Assembly: GCA_014729135.1 (NCBI GenBank)
Contig: WJKK01000001.1
Location: 64,593 to 128,592, forward strand
Direction of reading: 5' to 3'
Source: a candidate division WWE3 bacterium
Lineage (GTDB): Bacteria; Patescibacteriota; WWE3; UBA101185; UBA10185
DNA: 64,000 nt
Positions 38,195 through 48,533 of the stretch are shown here, piece after piece. The position numbers were made by a program, and so were the translations under genes. The stretch's first letter is position 1, and each line of letters begins with the position of its first letter. The notes below the pieces were generated by a model. The model was not told the DNA's origin and ran no database searches. It saw only the letters and a program-made list of their open reading frames with translations.

Positions 38195-39268
38195 TTAGCC
38201 GGAAATAATGCCTCCACCAAGAACTTTTTCCCCATCATAAAAAACAGCACTCTGACCGGGAGCAAGACCGAACAGTTCCTCCTCTGTTGTTACCTGCAAC
38301 TTTCCCGAATCTGTACCTGCAGAAATCTCGGCAGCATGAAAATCACCTAAATTACGAATACGAACGGCTGCCTTAAAAGGAATCTCCGGTTCTTCGCAAA
38401 TCCAGTGTAAATCCTCCACTAAAAACCGGGAACGCGTAACCTCCTCCTTAGGACCTACCACTAAAAGATTTTTCTCAACATCCTTAGCCACTACATACAA
38501 AGGAACACCTTGATATTTAGTGATATTAAAGCCATGGCGCTGGCCTATTGTGTAAAACCAAGCACCTTCATGCGTTCCAATTACATTTCCGGAAGTATCC
38601 GTAACCTGCCCCTGCTTAGCATCAATACGCTCCTGCAAAAACTCCCTAATGTCTACCTCTCCAATAAAGCAAATACCTACACTGTCGGGCTTGTTGTGAA
38701 TTCTCAAACCCAGCTTCTTGGCTGTAGCGCGGACATCTTCTTTTAGATACGTGCCTAAAGGAAACATGATTTTTTGAAGTTGATTTTGATTAAGGCGATA
38801 TAAAAAGTAGGATTGATCTTTAGTTTTGTCTTTGCCGGAAAGAAGGTTTATGCACTTGGCTTTTGGATTCTCTTCCAAACGCGCGTAATGGCCTGTTGCC
38901 ACAAAATCAAAGCCTTCCTTTAAAGCCCACTCCAAAAAGATTCCAAACTTTATCATCGAATTGCATAAAATATCAGGATTTGGCGTGCGCCCTGCTTTAT
39001 ATTCCGAATAAAAATATTGAATAATCTTTTCCTCGTATTCCTCAATAAATTCAAGGTGCTGAAATTTAAGGCCTAATTCTGTAGCTACATGAATGGCATC
39101 GTTACGAGCAGAGTCGCCTCCACATCCCGGTCGATCGAAATCCCAACATTGCAAATAAAAGGCGGTAACGTCATGTCCCTGTTCCTGAAGGAGATGTGCA
39201 GCTACAGCGGAGTCTACCCCTCCGCTAAGACCAACGGCTATTTTCTTTTTCTCTTTGGAATGTGACAT
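38195..39268 (-). CDS. mnmA: tRNA-specific 2-thiouridylase MnmA
   Basis: PP-loop KIAVGLSGGVDSAVAA; conserved C-terminal architecture. Confidence 0.9.
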   Translation of the reverse strand: MSHSKEKKKIAVGLSGGVDSAVAAHLLQEQGHDVTAFYLQCWDFDRPGCGGDSARNDAIHVATELGLKFQHLEFIEEYEEKIIQYFYSEYKAGRTPNPDILCNSMIKFGIFLEWALKEGFDFVATGHYARLEENPKAKCINLLSGKDKTKDQSYFLYRLNQNQLQKIMFPLGTYLKEDVRATAKKLGLRIHNKPDSVGICFIGEVDIREFLQERIDAKQGQVTDTSGNVIGTHEGAWFYTIGQRHGFNITKYQGVPLYVVAKDVEKNLLVVGPKEEVTRSRFLVEDLHWICEEPEIPFKAAVRIRNLGDFHAAEISAGTDSGKLQVTTEEELFGLAPGQSAVFYDGEKVLGGGIISG

Positions 39269-39314
39269 ATAGGGAAAGTATACCTCAGCTAAAAATTTCA
39301 GCTAGAATAAGGAA

Positions 39315-39944
39315 GTGTCTCATCTAAAACTCCATGTAAGAATAGTAAAATTTGCGCTCAAACAAATGGAACAAAACGGTTATACAAACATGCCAAAAAA
39401 AAGAATCTTATTCTTCACCAAAATCCTATCACCGGACTTGGCGCATATGCATAAAAATTTCGGGGGTGAAAACTGGTACAAACGCTTCAGTCACATGAAT
39501 ACAAAAACAATTAAAGGCTCAATTAAAAAAGCGAAAAGAGAGCATAAACTCCTAAGAAAAAATCTAAAGAACCAAAGGGGAACAGCTAAAAATTTGGCAT
39601 GGGTAGCTCATTACATAGTGGATTCCTTGGAACCAATGCATTTGATTGATTGGAAAAGAAAAATAAAACCAAAACAATTTAGGAGACATTTCTACATAGA
39701 AAACCAAACGAAAAATATAGAAATTAGAGCAAGCGAAAACACGGAGCCGGAGAATGAAAAAAGCCTGGAAAAACTATTAGAGAGGGAAAGCTCTAAAATC
39801 AGAAGTAGAAATCTGGAGAATCTTTATCCAGATGGAATGAGCGAAATCTTAGAAATCTACAAAGAGGAAATCATACCTCTGCAGCTAAAAATCACTCTCC
39901 AAACCTGGAAAGAAGCTCTCTTAAAACCCCGGGCTAAACAATAG
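39315..39944 (+). CDS. Basic hypothetical protein with a zinc-PLC / S1-P1-nuclease-like H-Y-x3-D-x3-P-x-H motif
   Basis: VAHYIVDSLEPMHLID resembles the PROSITE zinc-dependent phospholipase C site (H-Y-x-[GT]-D-...-P-x-H). There is no signal peptide, so the assignment is weak. Confidence 0.4.
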   Translation: MSHLKLHVRIVKFALKQMEQNGYTNMPKKRILFFTKILSPDLAHMHKNFGGENWYKRFSHMNTKTIKGSIKKAKREHKLLRKNLKNQRGTAKNLAWVAHYIVDSLEPMHLIDWKRKIKPKQFRRHFYIENQTKNIEIRASENTEPENEKSLEKLLERESSKIRSRNLENLYPDGMSEILEIYKEEIIPLQLKITLQTWKEALLKPRAKQ

Positions 39945-40464
39945 AAGTAACCTCAGAGGCCCTCTTTAGGCTATCCTCTGCAAGACCTAAACCACACTCA
40001 CCCACCGCTTGCTCCATACGGGCACCAATTTCTTGAATAATATCCAAAGCCTCCTCATAAGAAAGGCGTCGAAAATTATGCGGAAAATAATGAAAAACAC
40101 GATTCCTACCGCGATGCCATGTCTCCCATAGCTCATCAGCTAAATCCACTTTTTTAGTTTCTTTCAAACACATCCGTCCAAATTGACGTGAATGCGACTT
40201 CCTATATCTAGGACTTAAAATACGGCCCACACGAATTTCATCTCCATAAAAGTCCTCCTCGTTAATCACATCCATGTCCAAAAAGAGCTTTTTCAAAAAG
40301 CCCTCATAAGCTTTTGCGAAAGGAAAAACTAAATAAGAAAAATCAGAAACTTTTTGATCTCTTTCAGGGGGTAAATCCAGGAGGCTTTCACCATCACTAA
40401 TTAAACCCTGAATATCTCCTTCCATGTAAGCCCAAACTGCTGATTTTTTATTTATTATTTCCAT
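39934..40464 (-). CDS. Hypothetical protein with a HEPN-like R-N-x3-H motif
   Basis: WHRGRNRVFHYF contains RNxxxH in a predicted helical protein. Convergent with, and overlapping by 11 nt, the PLC-like gene. Confidence 0.4.
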   Translation of the reverse strand: MEIINKKSAVWAYMEGDIQGLISDGESLLDLPPERDQKVSDFSYLVFPFAKAYEGFLKKLFLDMDVINEEDFYGDEIRVGRILSPRYRKSHSRQFGRMCLKETKKVDLADELWETWHRGRNRVFHYFPHNFRRLSYEEALDIIQEIGARMEQAVGECGLGLAEDSLKRASEVTSIV

Positions 40465-40481
40465 ATCCTTTTATTCTTAAA

Positions 40482-43115
40482 CTACCCCGCCAACGACTCA
40501 ACCCTTCTACTATGCAGCTGAGACCTAAAGAGCCACTTCGAAAGCTCAATTAAAACAAACATCAAAGCAGAAGCACCCCCTACCCATAGCCAGCGACCCC
40601 CAATAGGAACCAACCCAAAAATATCCCTTAACAAAGGTGTATAAGGAACCAGTTGAAAAACCATTCCCAAGGCTACCGCCCCTATCAGCCAAGTATTCCC
40701 AAAAATTTTCTCCTTCCAAAACGGCAGTGTTAAAGTGCGCACCGAAAACACATAAACCAGCGAATCCAATCCCACATTTGCAAAAACCACAGAGCGAGCA
40801 AGCGTCAAATCCCCCGTAGTCTTCAAAGTCACCCAATAAAGCAAAAGCGTAAAAGCACCGCCTGTTAGAGACACCAATCCTATAAGCATGTAAATCCATG
40901 ACACCACAAGATTTTCATTTGGAGATCTTGGAGGACGCTCCATAATTCCTTTAGTTTTTGGATCCAGCGTAAGAGCAAGGTTAGGAAACCCATCGGATAT
41001 AACATTTATCCAAAGTATCTGAATTGGCTTTATAGGTAGGGGGAACTTAAAAAGGGTAGTGGTTAAGACTAAAACAATACCGGAGAAGGCATCACACATT
41101 AAATATAGGATGATCTTTCTAATGTTATCAAAAATACCGCGACCCTCCTCAATTGCAGCCACTATAGTAGAAAAACTGGAATCCAACAAAACCAAATCCG
41201 CGGATTCCTTGGAGACATCGGAAGCTTCCCCCACCACAATCCCTATATCTGCTTTAGAAACAGCCGGAGCGTCATTGACACCATCGCCCATCATAGCCAC
41301 AATCTCGTTGTTACGCTTTAAAACCTCCACAATCTTAAGCTTTTGATCCGGCTTAGTTCGTGCAAACAACAAAGGAGTCCCCGGGGCCGACTTGGAAATC
41401 AAATCCAAAAGAGCCTCCTCAGACATCTCCCACAACTCTGCCCCTGTGATTACGTGCTCATCCTTAACTGCTAAATCCAACTCCTCCATAACGGACAAGG
41501 CAGTTTTAGCATAATCACCAGTAATAACTATCAAACGAATACCGGCTTTACTCGTTTTCGCCAAAGAATCCTTAACATCGGCCCTAACCGGATCCGTAAA
41601 CGCCAAAAGACCAACCCACTCAAAGCCACCGGAAGTGTCGGCATCAGACAACTCCTCTTTCGCACTAGAAACCACCTTACGCGCCATTCCAATAATGCGC
41701 TTGCCTTCCGAAGTCATCTCATCCAAACGGGTCATCAACTTTTCCTTTTCATCAGAGTCCAAATCACACTTTTCCATAACAACTTCAGGGGCACCATTCA
41801 TAAAAACCACTTTAGAATCATCATGCCACTTATTTAAACTTGCAAAATACTGATAATCAGAGGAAAAAGGGATGCTATCCAAACGGGAAAAATTTCGACT
41901 TATGTCCTTAGCAGAATCCACCAGCTGACTTCCCCACTCCCAAGCAGCAATAACAACGGGATCGTCCAAATCATTAGCCAAAATAGACTGCATGGCAAGC
42001 TCCTTTTGATCGCCAATCATACCCACAACTTTCATCTTACCTTCAGTTAAAGTGCCGGTCTTATCAACACAAATCGTAGTCACACCCCCTAGAGTTTCGG
42101 CTGAAGCCAAGTTACGAACCAAGCCTTTGCGCGCCAAAATCCGTTGCATACCAATAGCCAAAACCACAGTCAGGCCAACCAACAATCCTTCAGGAATGGA
42201 GGAAACAGCCAAGGCTACAGAAGTTGTAAAAATCTCCGTTAAGTCATTGCCTAAGAGCATGCCTACAACAAAGACCAAGACAGTCAATCCCAAAACCAAG
42301 AACGTCAGCTGCTTACTAAATTTGTTGAGCTGCCGACTTAAAGGCGTCTTCTCCTTTTCCGTACTAACCGACAAAGCAATCTTGCCCATCTCTGTGTACT
42401 CCCCTGTAGCTGTCACCAAGAGCTTCCCCGTTCCTGCCGTCACCATGGTTCCCATAAATCCTTTTTGCCCTTTGGCTTTATCCACCGGAACCGACTCGCC
42501 CGTTAAAATTGCCTCCTCCACAAACAGCCGGTTAACTTCTACAAACTCGCCATCCGCCGGAACCTTGTCACCCTGGCGCAACAAAACGATGTCTCCGGGA
42601 ACCACCTCTTCTAAGGCAATAGTTAAAACTTCGCCATCCCGAATAACGCGAACCTGCGGATGAACCAACTTCTTTAGGGCTTCCAAGGCTTTACCGGCGC
42701 GCTCCTCCTGCACAAAGCCTAAAATTGTGTTTATAAAAACTGCAAAGGAAATGACCAAAGCATCCGTGTATTCGCCTAGGGCCACCGTAACGGCAGCGGC
42801 AGCAAGCAAAATGTAGACAAGGGGGCTTTTAAACTGAGCCAAAAAGATAGCTAAACTTGAGGGGGGTTTTTCTTCGGGGAGGCAGTTGCAGCCGTATTTT
42901 TTAAAGCGCTCGTCTGCTTGTTCTTTGGTGAGGCCGGTTTCCAGGGGTGTTTGTAGTTCTTTGCGTGAGATGGCTCCACCGGAGGGTGTTAGGGTTTCTT
43001 TAGATTTTTTAGAATCGCTAGTTCCGGGGGCTTTACGACCCCTCCCTTTGCCCCGCTCCCTCAACGAATCCCCTAACTCCTCCTGACTACTCTTGGCAGC
43101 ATCTTCTTTAACCAT
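40482..43115 (-). CDS. P-type ATPase, Ca2+(/cation)-transporting (P2-type), with a Lys/Gly-rich N-terminal extension
   Basis: DKTGTLT, TGDYAKTA and MMGDGVNDAPA motifs; 10 TM helices. Confidence 0.9.
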   Translation of the reverse strand: MVKEDAAKSSQEELGDSLRERGKGRGRKAPGTSDSKKSKETLTPSGGAISRKELQTPLETGLTKEQADERFKKYGCNCLPEEKPPSSLAIFLAQFKSPLVYILLAAAAVTVALGEYTDALVISFAVFINTILGFVQEERAGKALEALKKLVHPQVRVIRDGEVLTIALEEVVPGDIVLLRQGDKVPADGEFVEVNRLFVEEAILTGESVPVDKAKGQKGFMGTMVTAGTGKLLVTATGEYTEMGKIALSVSTEKEKTPLSRQLNKFSKQLTFLVLGLTVLVFVVGMLLGNDLTEIFTTSVALAVSSIPEGLLVGLTVVLAIGMQRILARKGLVRNLASAETLGGVTTICVDKTGTLTEGKMKVVGMIGDQKELAMQSILANDLDDPVVIAAWEWGSQLVDSAKDISRNFSRLDSIPFSSDYQYFASLNKWHDDSKVVFMNGAPEVVMEKCDLDSDEKEKLMTRLDEMTSEGKRIIGMARKVVSSAKEELSDADTSGGFEWVGLLAFTDPVRADVKDSLAKTSKAGIRLIVITGDYAKTALSVMEELDLAVKDEHVITGAELWEMSEEALLDLISKSAPGTPLLFARTKPDQKLKIVEVLKRNNEIVAMMGDGVNDAPAVSKADIGIVVGEASDVSKESADLVLLDSSFSTIVAAIEEGRGIFDNIRKIILYLMCDAFSGIVLVLTTTLFKFPLPIKPIQILWINVISDGFPNLALTLDPKTKGIMERPPRSPNENLVVSWIYMLIGLVSLTGGAFTLLLYWVTLKTTGDLTLARSVVFANVGLDSLVYVFSVRTLTLPFWKEKIFGNTWLIGAVALGMVFQLVPYTPLLRDIFGLVPIGGRWLWVGGASALMFVLIELSKWLFRSQLHSRRVESLAG

Positions 43116-43146
43116 AAATCAATGCTAACATAATTATGTATAATCA

Positions 43147-44106
43147 ATGAGTATGTTCATAATCGGAAACCTTGCCCTCATCTTAATCAGCGCCATCGTC
43201 CTAGTAAAAGCCGTAGACATCTTCATAAACTCCTCCACAAAAATTGCACAACACTTTGGAATCTCCGGATACACCATCAGCTTCCTTTTAGTTGCCATAG
43301 CCACCTCCTTACCGGAAACCGTCGTAGCCATAACCTCCGGACTCTCTAAAAAGACCCTCCTAGCCTATGGAGACGCCATGGGATCCAACATTACTTTAAT
43401 TACCTTGATCATTGCCTTGCCTATCTTGTTAGGAACCGGTATGGCCACCAGAAGCGTGCTCCACTCCAAAGACGCCTACTACGCCACCTTTTTTGCCTTC
43501 TTGCCGGCCTTGTTAAGTTTTGACGGGAATTTAAGGCGTGTTGATGGGTTGATCTTAGTAACAGCCTACGTTTATTATTTGCGAAGCGTTATGCGCCGCA
43601 GTAAAGGTTTTGAAAAGTTTGTCCAAAGGTTTGACCACATTAACATTTGGAAGGCATGGGTAATGTTTGGATTGTCCTTGGCGTTTTTGTTGGGTTCTAG
43701 TCGCGGGATTGTCTTTGCTGCCATTAACATCAGCCAAACTTTGGGATGGGCGCTAAGCTTTGTTGGATTGACGGTTACTTCTCTGGGCACATCTTTACCG
43801 GAAATAGCCTTTGTTATCTCTTCCAAAGCTAAGAGTAATCACCGGGAAATTTTGGGCGACGTTGTGGGAAGTGTTGTAGCAAACTCCACTTTAGTTTTAG
43901 GAACGGCTTCTTTAATTTATCCAATTGAACTGGAATATTCGTCTTTTGGAAGTTCTACTATTTTCTTTTTAACAATTGCATTGCTTTTGTTTCTAAAGTT
44001 CACAAGAAGTAAGGAGAGGCTGGACCGCTATGAGGCGTTTCTTTTGTTGGGTGTTTATGTTTTGTTTTTGGTAACGCAGTATTTGCTGCAGACGCAAATC
44101 CACTAG
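43147..44106 (+). CDS. CaCA-family Na+(/H+):Ca2+ exchanger (YrbG-like)
   Basis: Two alpha-repeats (GYTISFLLVAIATSLPE and LGWALSFVGLTVTSLGTSLPE). Divergent from the Ca2+-ATPase. Confidence 0.8.
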   Translation: MSMFIIGNLALILISAIVLVKAVDIFINSSTKIAQHFGISGYTISFLLVAIATSLPETVVAITSGLSKKTLLAYGDAMGSNITLITLIIALPILLGTGMATRSVLHSKDAYYATFFAFLPALLSFDGNLRRVDGLILVTAYVYYLRSVMRRSKGFEKFVQRFDHINIWKAWVMFGLSLAFLLGSSRGIVFAAINISQTLGWALSFVGLTVTSLGTSLPEIAFVISSKAKSNHREILGDVVGSVVANSTLVLGTASLIYPIELEYSSFGSSTIFFLTIALLLFLKFTRSKERLDRYEAFLLLGVYVLFLVTQYLLQTQIH

Positions 44107-44198
44107 TTTTTTAGAGTGATTTAGGATGTGGAAGGAGGCGGTAAGCTAATACGTAGGCTTACCTGAGAGTCGTAAAACTCTCTTAACCTCCTCCAAAA

Positions 44199-44423
44199 TT
44201 ACGACAAAATAAATACGTGCCCACAGGAGGGACAAGTCAATCTATCCTGTCTGTTTTCGGGATGCAAAGGCGAACCATGCTTCCCGGAACGATTAATACG
44301 GCGGGAAACAACAACAGATTCCCCTGCAACACTTCCGCGATCAAACCCGTGATCGCACTGAGGACATTGCACTTGACTCTTCTTCCGCATAACAACCCCC
44401 TTTAATTTCCCACAAGTTAACAT
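44199..44423 (-). CDS. Small zinc-ribbon protein (CxxC...CxxC), hypothetical
   Basis: CPQCDHG ... CPSCGHV. Could start at the internal Met (MRKKS). Confidence 0.3.
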   Translation of the reverse strand: MLTCGKLKGVVMRKKSQVQCPQCDHGFDRGSVAGESVVVSRRINRSGKHGSPLHPENRQDRLTCPSCGHVFILS

Positions 44424-44585
44424 AGAACAACACCCTTAAGTGAGGCAAAGAGGTACCCCTTCTTCGTTCAGGTTGACCTAAAGGTCAAAATTCTCTCAGA
44501 AGGGGTACCTCTTTCCCCACAGCATCAAAAACGTGAGAGGGGAGAAACAGGGCACAACCTCCTCCCTTGGTATAATAACAGCACA

Positions 44586-45782
44586 ATGAAAAACACCTCC
44601 GACGCCTCTACAAATACAAACAAAAAACCCAAAATAGCCATTGTTCACGACTACCTCCTCCAATACGGCGGGGCAGAAAAAACTCTAGAAGCCATTTTAG
44701 AACTATTCCCTAACGCCCCAATCTACACAGGCCTCTACGCCCCTAAAAACCTTCCCGAAACAATCACCAAAAGAAAAGTCTACTCACTAAAAAACCCCTT
44801 AGTTAGAGCATTTTCCAAACATTTTACATTCATAATGCCCATGATCTTTGAAAACTTCGATTTGACAAAATATGACATAGTGATCTCTGACTCTTCAGCA
44901 TGGGCAAAAGGAGTCATAACCCAACCGGATCAGCTTCACATCAGCTACATTCACACACCTCCCCGCTTTTTATACAAATACTCCGTTGAAAGCCCAAAAA
45001 GATTTAAGTGGTACTACAAGCCAATAGTTGCTGTTTTGGATCACTTCCTAAGAATTTGGGATTATTGTGCCGGCCAACGCCCTGATTATCTTTTAACTAA
45101 CTCTCAAACAACAGCAGCAAGAATTAATAAGTTTTATGGGCGGGAGGCTAGAGTGGTTCACCCTCCTGTGGAGGCGGATCTGGCTAAAACTACTGCAACG
45201 GAACAAGAAAAAAACGCAACTAAACCCGCTAAGGCGATGCAAGCACCCTACTTTTGCTCTTTAGGAAGGCTGGCAGCTTACAAAAACACGCATCTTCTTG
45301 TGCAGGCTTTTAATCTTTTGGGGTGGGATTTGATAGTAATGGGAACAGGTCCCGAAGAGCGAAAACTTAAGAAACTCGCACAAAATAACCCTAAAATTAA
45401 GATAACAGGGCGCGTTACGGAGGAGCAGAAGAATCAAATTCTGGCAGGGTGTAAAGGGCTTATTTTTCCTGTGGTTGAGGAAGATTGGGGAATTGTCCCT
45501 TTGGAGGCGATGTCGCATGGAAAGCCGGTTTTAGCCCACAAATCAGGAGGAGCAACAGAAACGGTTAAGGCGGGAGTCACGGGGATGTTTTTTGAGTCTT
45601 TAGAGCTGGAGGATTTCATTAATTCGATTAAAATTTTTAATCAAAATATTGAAGAGGACCTTTACAAGGAGGAGAAAATTAAGCAGTCCGTAGGTAACTT
45701 TTCAAAGGAGACGTTTAAACAAGAGTTTTTGGAGTTTGTAAAAGAAAAGTATCGGCTTCATAAAGAGGAGAATCAAATTTAA
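44586..45782 (+). CDS. Glycosyltransferase family 4
   Basis: N-terminal KIAIVHDYLLQYGGAEK; C-terminal EDWGIVPLEAMSHGKPVLA (E-x7-E). Confidence 0.8.
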   Translation: MKNTSDASTNTNKKPKIAIVHDYLLQYGGAEKTLEAILELFPNAPIYTGLYAPKNLPETITKRKVYSLKNPLVRAFSKHFTFIMPMIFENFDLTKYDIVISDSSAWAKGVITQPDQLHISYIHTPPRFLYKYSVESPKRFKWYYKPIVAVLDHFLRIWDYCAGQRPDYLLTNSQTTAARINKFYGREARVVHPPVEADLAKTTATEQEKNATKPAKAMQAPYFCSLGRLAAYKNTHLLVQAFNLLGWDLIVMGTGPEERKLKKLAQNNPKIKITGRVTEEQKNQILAGCKGLIFPVVEEDWGIVPLEAMSHGKPVLAHKSGGATETVKAGVTGMFFESLELEDFINSIKIFNQNIEEDLYKEEKIKQSVGNFSKETFKQEFLEFVKEKYRLHKEENQI

Positions 45783-45784
45783 GC

Positions 45785-46717
45785 ATGCCGGAGTTTCCGG
45801 AGGTTTACACAATTGTTAAGGACTTGGACCGTGTTGTTAAAAGAAGGAAGTTTAGGCGTGTTGAGATTGAAGAGGGCTATAAAGTCTTGCCCGAAAACTC
45901 TAAGTTTAAGGAGGCTGTGGAAGGAAAAGCAGCTGAAGGCGCTGAACAAATTGCCAAAAACATTATCATAAAACTGGAAGGAAACGCTTACATAAACATC
46001 CATTTGGCAATGAGCGGTCAAGTGCTTTTGAAAAAGAAAAACAAAAAACTACGTTGGGAACGGGTTACTTTTACTTTAGAGCCTTTACAAGAGCAGATCC
46101 CAAAACAGATCCAGAAAGATGCCCCGAACACAAAGGAGAACGGAAAAAAAGAGACCAACTCAATCCTCTACCTTGCATACCGCAGCATTCGCATGTTTGG
46201 AAAAGTTGAGCTGTTAAATCAAATCCAATATGAAGAACTAAAGAAAAAGTACGGACCCCCTCCCCTGTTTAAAGAGGTGGACGCTAAAAAATTCCATGAA
46301 ATAATCAGGTCAAGAAATACAAACATTAAAAATTTGCTCATGGATCAGACAAAAATAGGCGGTTTGGGTAACATTTATGCCACAGAAGCCCTTTTTAGGG
46401 CTCAAATACACCCTGAAAGTCGAACGCAAAACATCTCCCTTGAAAAAAGTGAAAAACTTTGGCGGGCAGTTAAAGAGGTTACAAATGAGGGTATTAAAAA
46501 CAGAGGTTCTACCTTGGAGGATGAGCTTTATGTTGATATTTTTGGGAAGAAGGGCACCCAACAGGAGCATTTTCAGGTTTATAGTCGGGAAGTTTGCGTT
46601 AAGTGCAAGGGAAAAATCAAGCGAAAAAAGATTTCAGGCCGTAATACTTATTTTTGTAAAACTTGTCAGGAACTTGTTGAAAAGGAAAAAACTAAGGAGG
46701 GGCTATTTGACGCCTAG
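45785..46717 (+). CDS. mutM: Fpg/Nei-family DNA glycosylase (formamidopyrimidine-DNA glycosylase-like)
   Basis: N-terminal MPEFPEVYT (catalytic Pro2/Glu3), H2TH region, C-terminal zinc finger CVKCKGKI...FCKTCQ. Confidence 0.75.
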   Translation: MPEFPEVYTIVKDLDRVVKRRKFRRVEIEEGYKVLPENSKFKEAVEGKAAEGAEQIAKNIIIKLEGNAYINIHLAMSGQVLLKKKNKKLRWERVTFTLEPLQEQIPKQIQKDAPNTKENGKKETNSILYLAYRSIRMFGKVELLNQIQYEELKKKYGPPPLFKEVDAKKFHEIIRSRNTNIKNLLMDQTKIGGLGNIYATEALFRAQIHPESRTQNISLEKSEKLWRAVKEVTNEGIKNRGSTLEDELYVDIFGKKGTQQEHFQVYSREVCVKCKGKIKRKKISGRNTYFCKTCQELVEKEKTKEGLFDA

Positions 46718-46768
46718 TTTCGGTTTAGGCAAAGTTCTCTTTAGGCAGGGAAAGAAAAGCAAAAACAC

Positions 46769-47911
46769 ATGTATCTAAAACACCTCCAATTAACAAATTA
46801 TCGAAATCATGAAGATAAGAAGCTTGTTTTTGATGCTGCCGGAAAGTTGATAGTAGGACCAAATGGTTCGGGAAAAACAAATATTATAGAAGCAATTAAT
46901 TTTTTGGCTACAGGGAAGCCGTTTCGAGCGGGTTACGACAGGGAGGTTATTATGCATGGTAAGTCTTTGGCTGCCATTAAAGCGCAAGTGATTGAGGGGA
47001 TTTCGCAGGAGGAGAAAGAAGCTCGGGCAATTCCGGAGGATCAAGAGACTCCGGCGGGACATCAGGAAACTCCGCAAAAAAACGAAAACAAGCCCATCAC
47101 CATAGGCATAGGCATCCAAAAAAGCGACAAATATGAAAACGCCTCTTCTAAAAAAGTGAAGATTAACGGAAAAAGCACAAAAATAGGCTCTCTGGCAGAA
47201 AAGGTTAATACAGTTTTGTTCTCGCCTCTTGACATGAATTTGCTAACGAATTCGCCGTCAACTAGGCGCAATTTTTTTGACGACGTTTTGGAGCAGGCTA
47301 GCAAAGAATATAAAAAGGCTCGCCGCGACTTTCGTAAAGCCCGCCGTCAAAAGAATAAAATTTTGGAAATTATCAGGGAGACGGGAAAAGGGCATTCTCA
47401 GCTGGATTATTGGAATAAAAAGGTTTTGGAAATGGGTCAGGTGATTCAAGAAAACCGGAAAAAGCTGGCAGAATACTTTAATGATCAGATGGATTCTCAT
47501 TTGGAGACGCTGGATCCAAGTTTGGAGTGTACGTTTGTTTATGACGCGAATTTGATAAATCAGGAGCGTTTGGAGATTTATGCGGAAAAGGAGTTGGCTG
47601 CGGGGACTAGTTTGATTGGTCCTCATAGAGATGATTTTTATTTGGAACAGGAGAAAATCTCAAATCTGGCTGACTATGCTTCTAGAGGGCAACAGCGTAC
47701 GCTGATTTTAACTTTGAAGCTGTGTGTTTTGGAGTTTTTGGAGGGGGTTGTAGGAAAAAAGCCGATTTTACTTTTGGATGATATTTTCTCGGAGTTGGAT
47801 GAGACGCATAGGGGTGTGTTGGAAAATTTGGTTAGGTCTCAACAGACTATCTTGACCGCAACAGAGGTTCCAAAGGGCTTTGAATCTTTTCCAATTGAGG
47901 AGCTGAAGTAG
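46769..47911 (+). CDS. recF: DNA replication and repair protein RecF
   Basis: LQLTNYRNHEDKKLVFDAAGKLIVGPNGSGKTNIIEAI; SMC-like signature and a C-terminal Walker B (LLLDDIFSELD). Confidence 0.85.
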   Translation: MYLKHLQLTNYRNHEDKKLVFDAAGKLIVGPNGSGKTNIIEAINFLATGKPFRAGYDREVIMHGKSLAAIKAQVIEGISQEEKEARAIPEDQETPAGHQETPQKNENKPITIGIGIQKSDKYENASSKKVKINGKSTKIGSLAEKVNTVLFSPLDMNLLTNSPSTRRNFFDDVLEQASKEYKKARRDFRKARRQKNKILEIIRETGKGHSQLDYWNKKVLEMGQVIQENRKKLAEYFNDQMDSHLETLDPSLECTFVYDANLINQERLEIYAEKELAAGTSLIGPHRDDFYLEQEKISNLADYASRGQQRTLILTLKLCVLEFLEGVVGKKPILLLDDIFSELDETHRGVLENLVRSQQTILTATEVPKGFESFPIEELK

Positions 47912-48533
47912 CTATCTAAACAGCGCTTAAAACTTAAACCAAGTCGGAAAAACTCCTGAGATACTCTTGCCTGCTTGCGTTTCACTAACAACTACGCAAA
48001 CGCGCGCTAAGCAAGAGTATCTCACACATGTTCTAGTAGAGAAACCAAAAAAGAACGGCAAAAACAAAGCCGCAGCCCGCAAGACGGTTCCTCGGTCCAC
48101 ACTCGGTACCCGCTGTACCCTCGCCAAGATGCGCCAAGTCAGCAACTCGCGCAGGGTTACGGGATACCTTGACTATCCCTATCAGCAGGTAGGCAAGACC
48201 AATTAAGAAAACAACGACTGTCCAATTCATCGTAAAACCTCCTTCTCTATGAAAACTAGGCTAAATTGACAACGCGGTCGCATTATAGGATAAGCTGTCC
48301 TACCCTGCAAACATCTCTAACAAAAATAAATTTGGAAGGGCTTACGAAAGCACTTGCTTTAGAGCGAATTTTGATCCAAAGGATCAACGTGAGCGAAAAA
48401 GCAAGTGCAAAGTAAGACCATTTTCCAAATAAAAATGACAAGTTGCGGGAAATATGCAAGAATTACACAGAAACCAAAAAAGATTAGCGAAAACGGCGAA
48501 GTCCTCCGTTGAAACCGCCCTATAAACAAAAAC

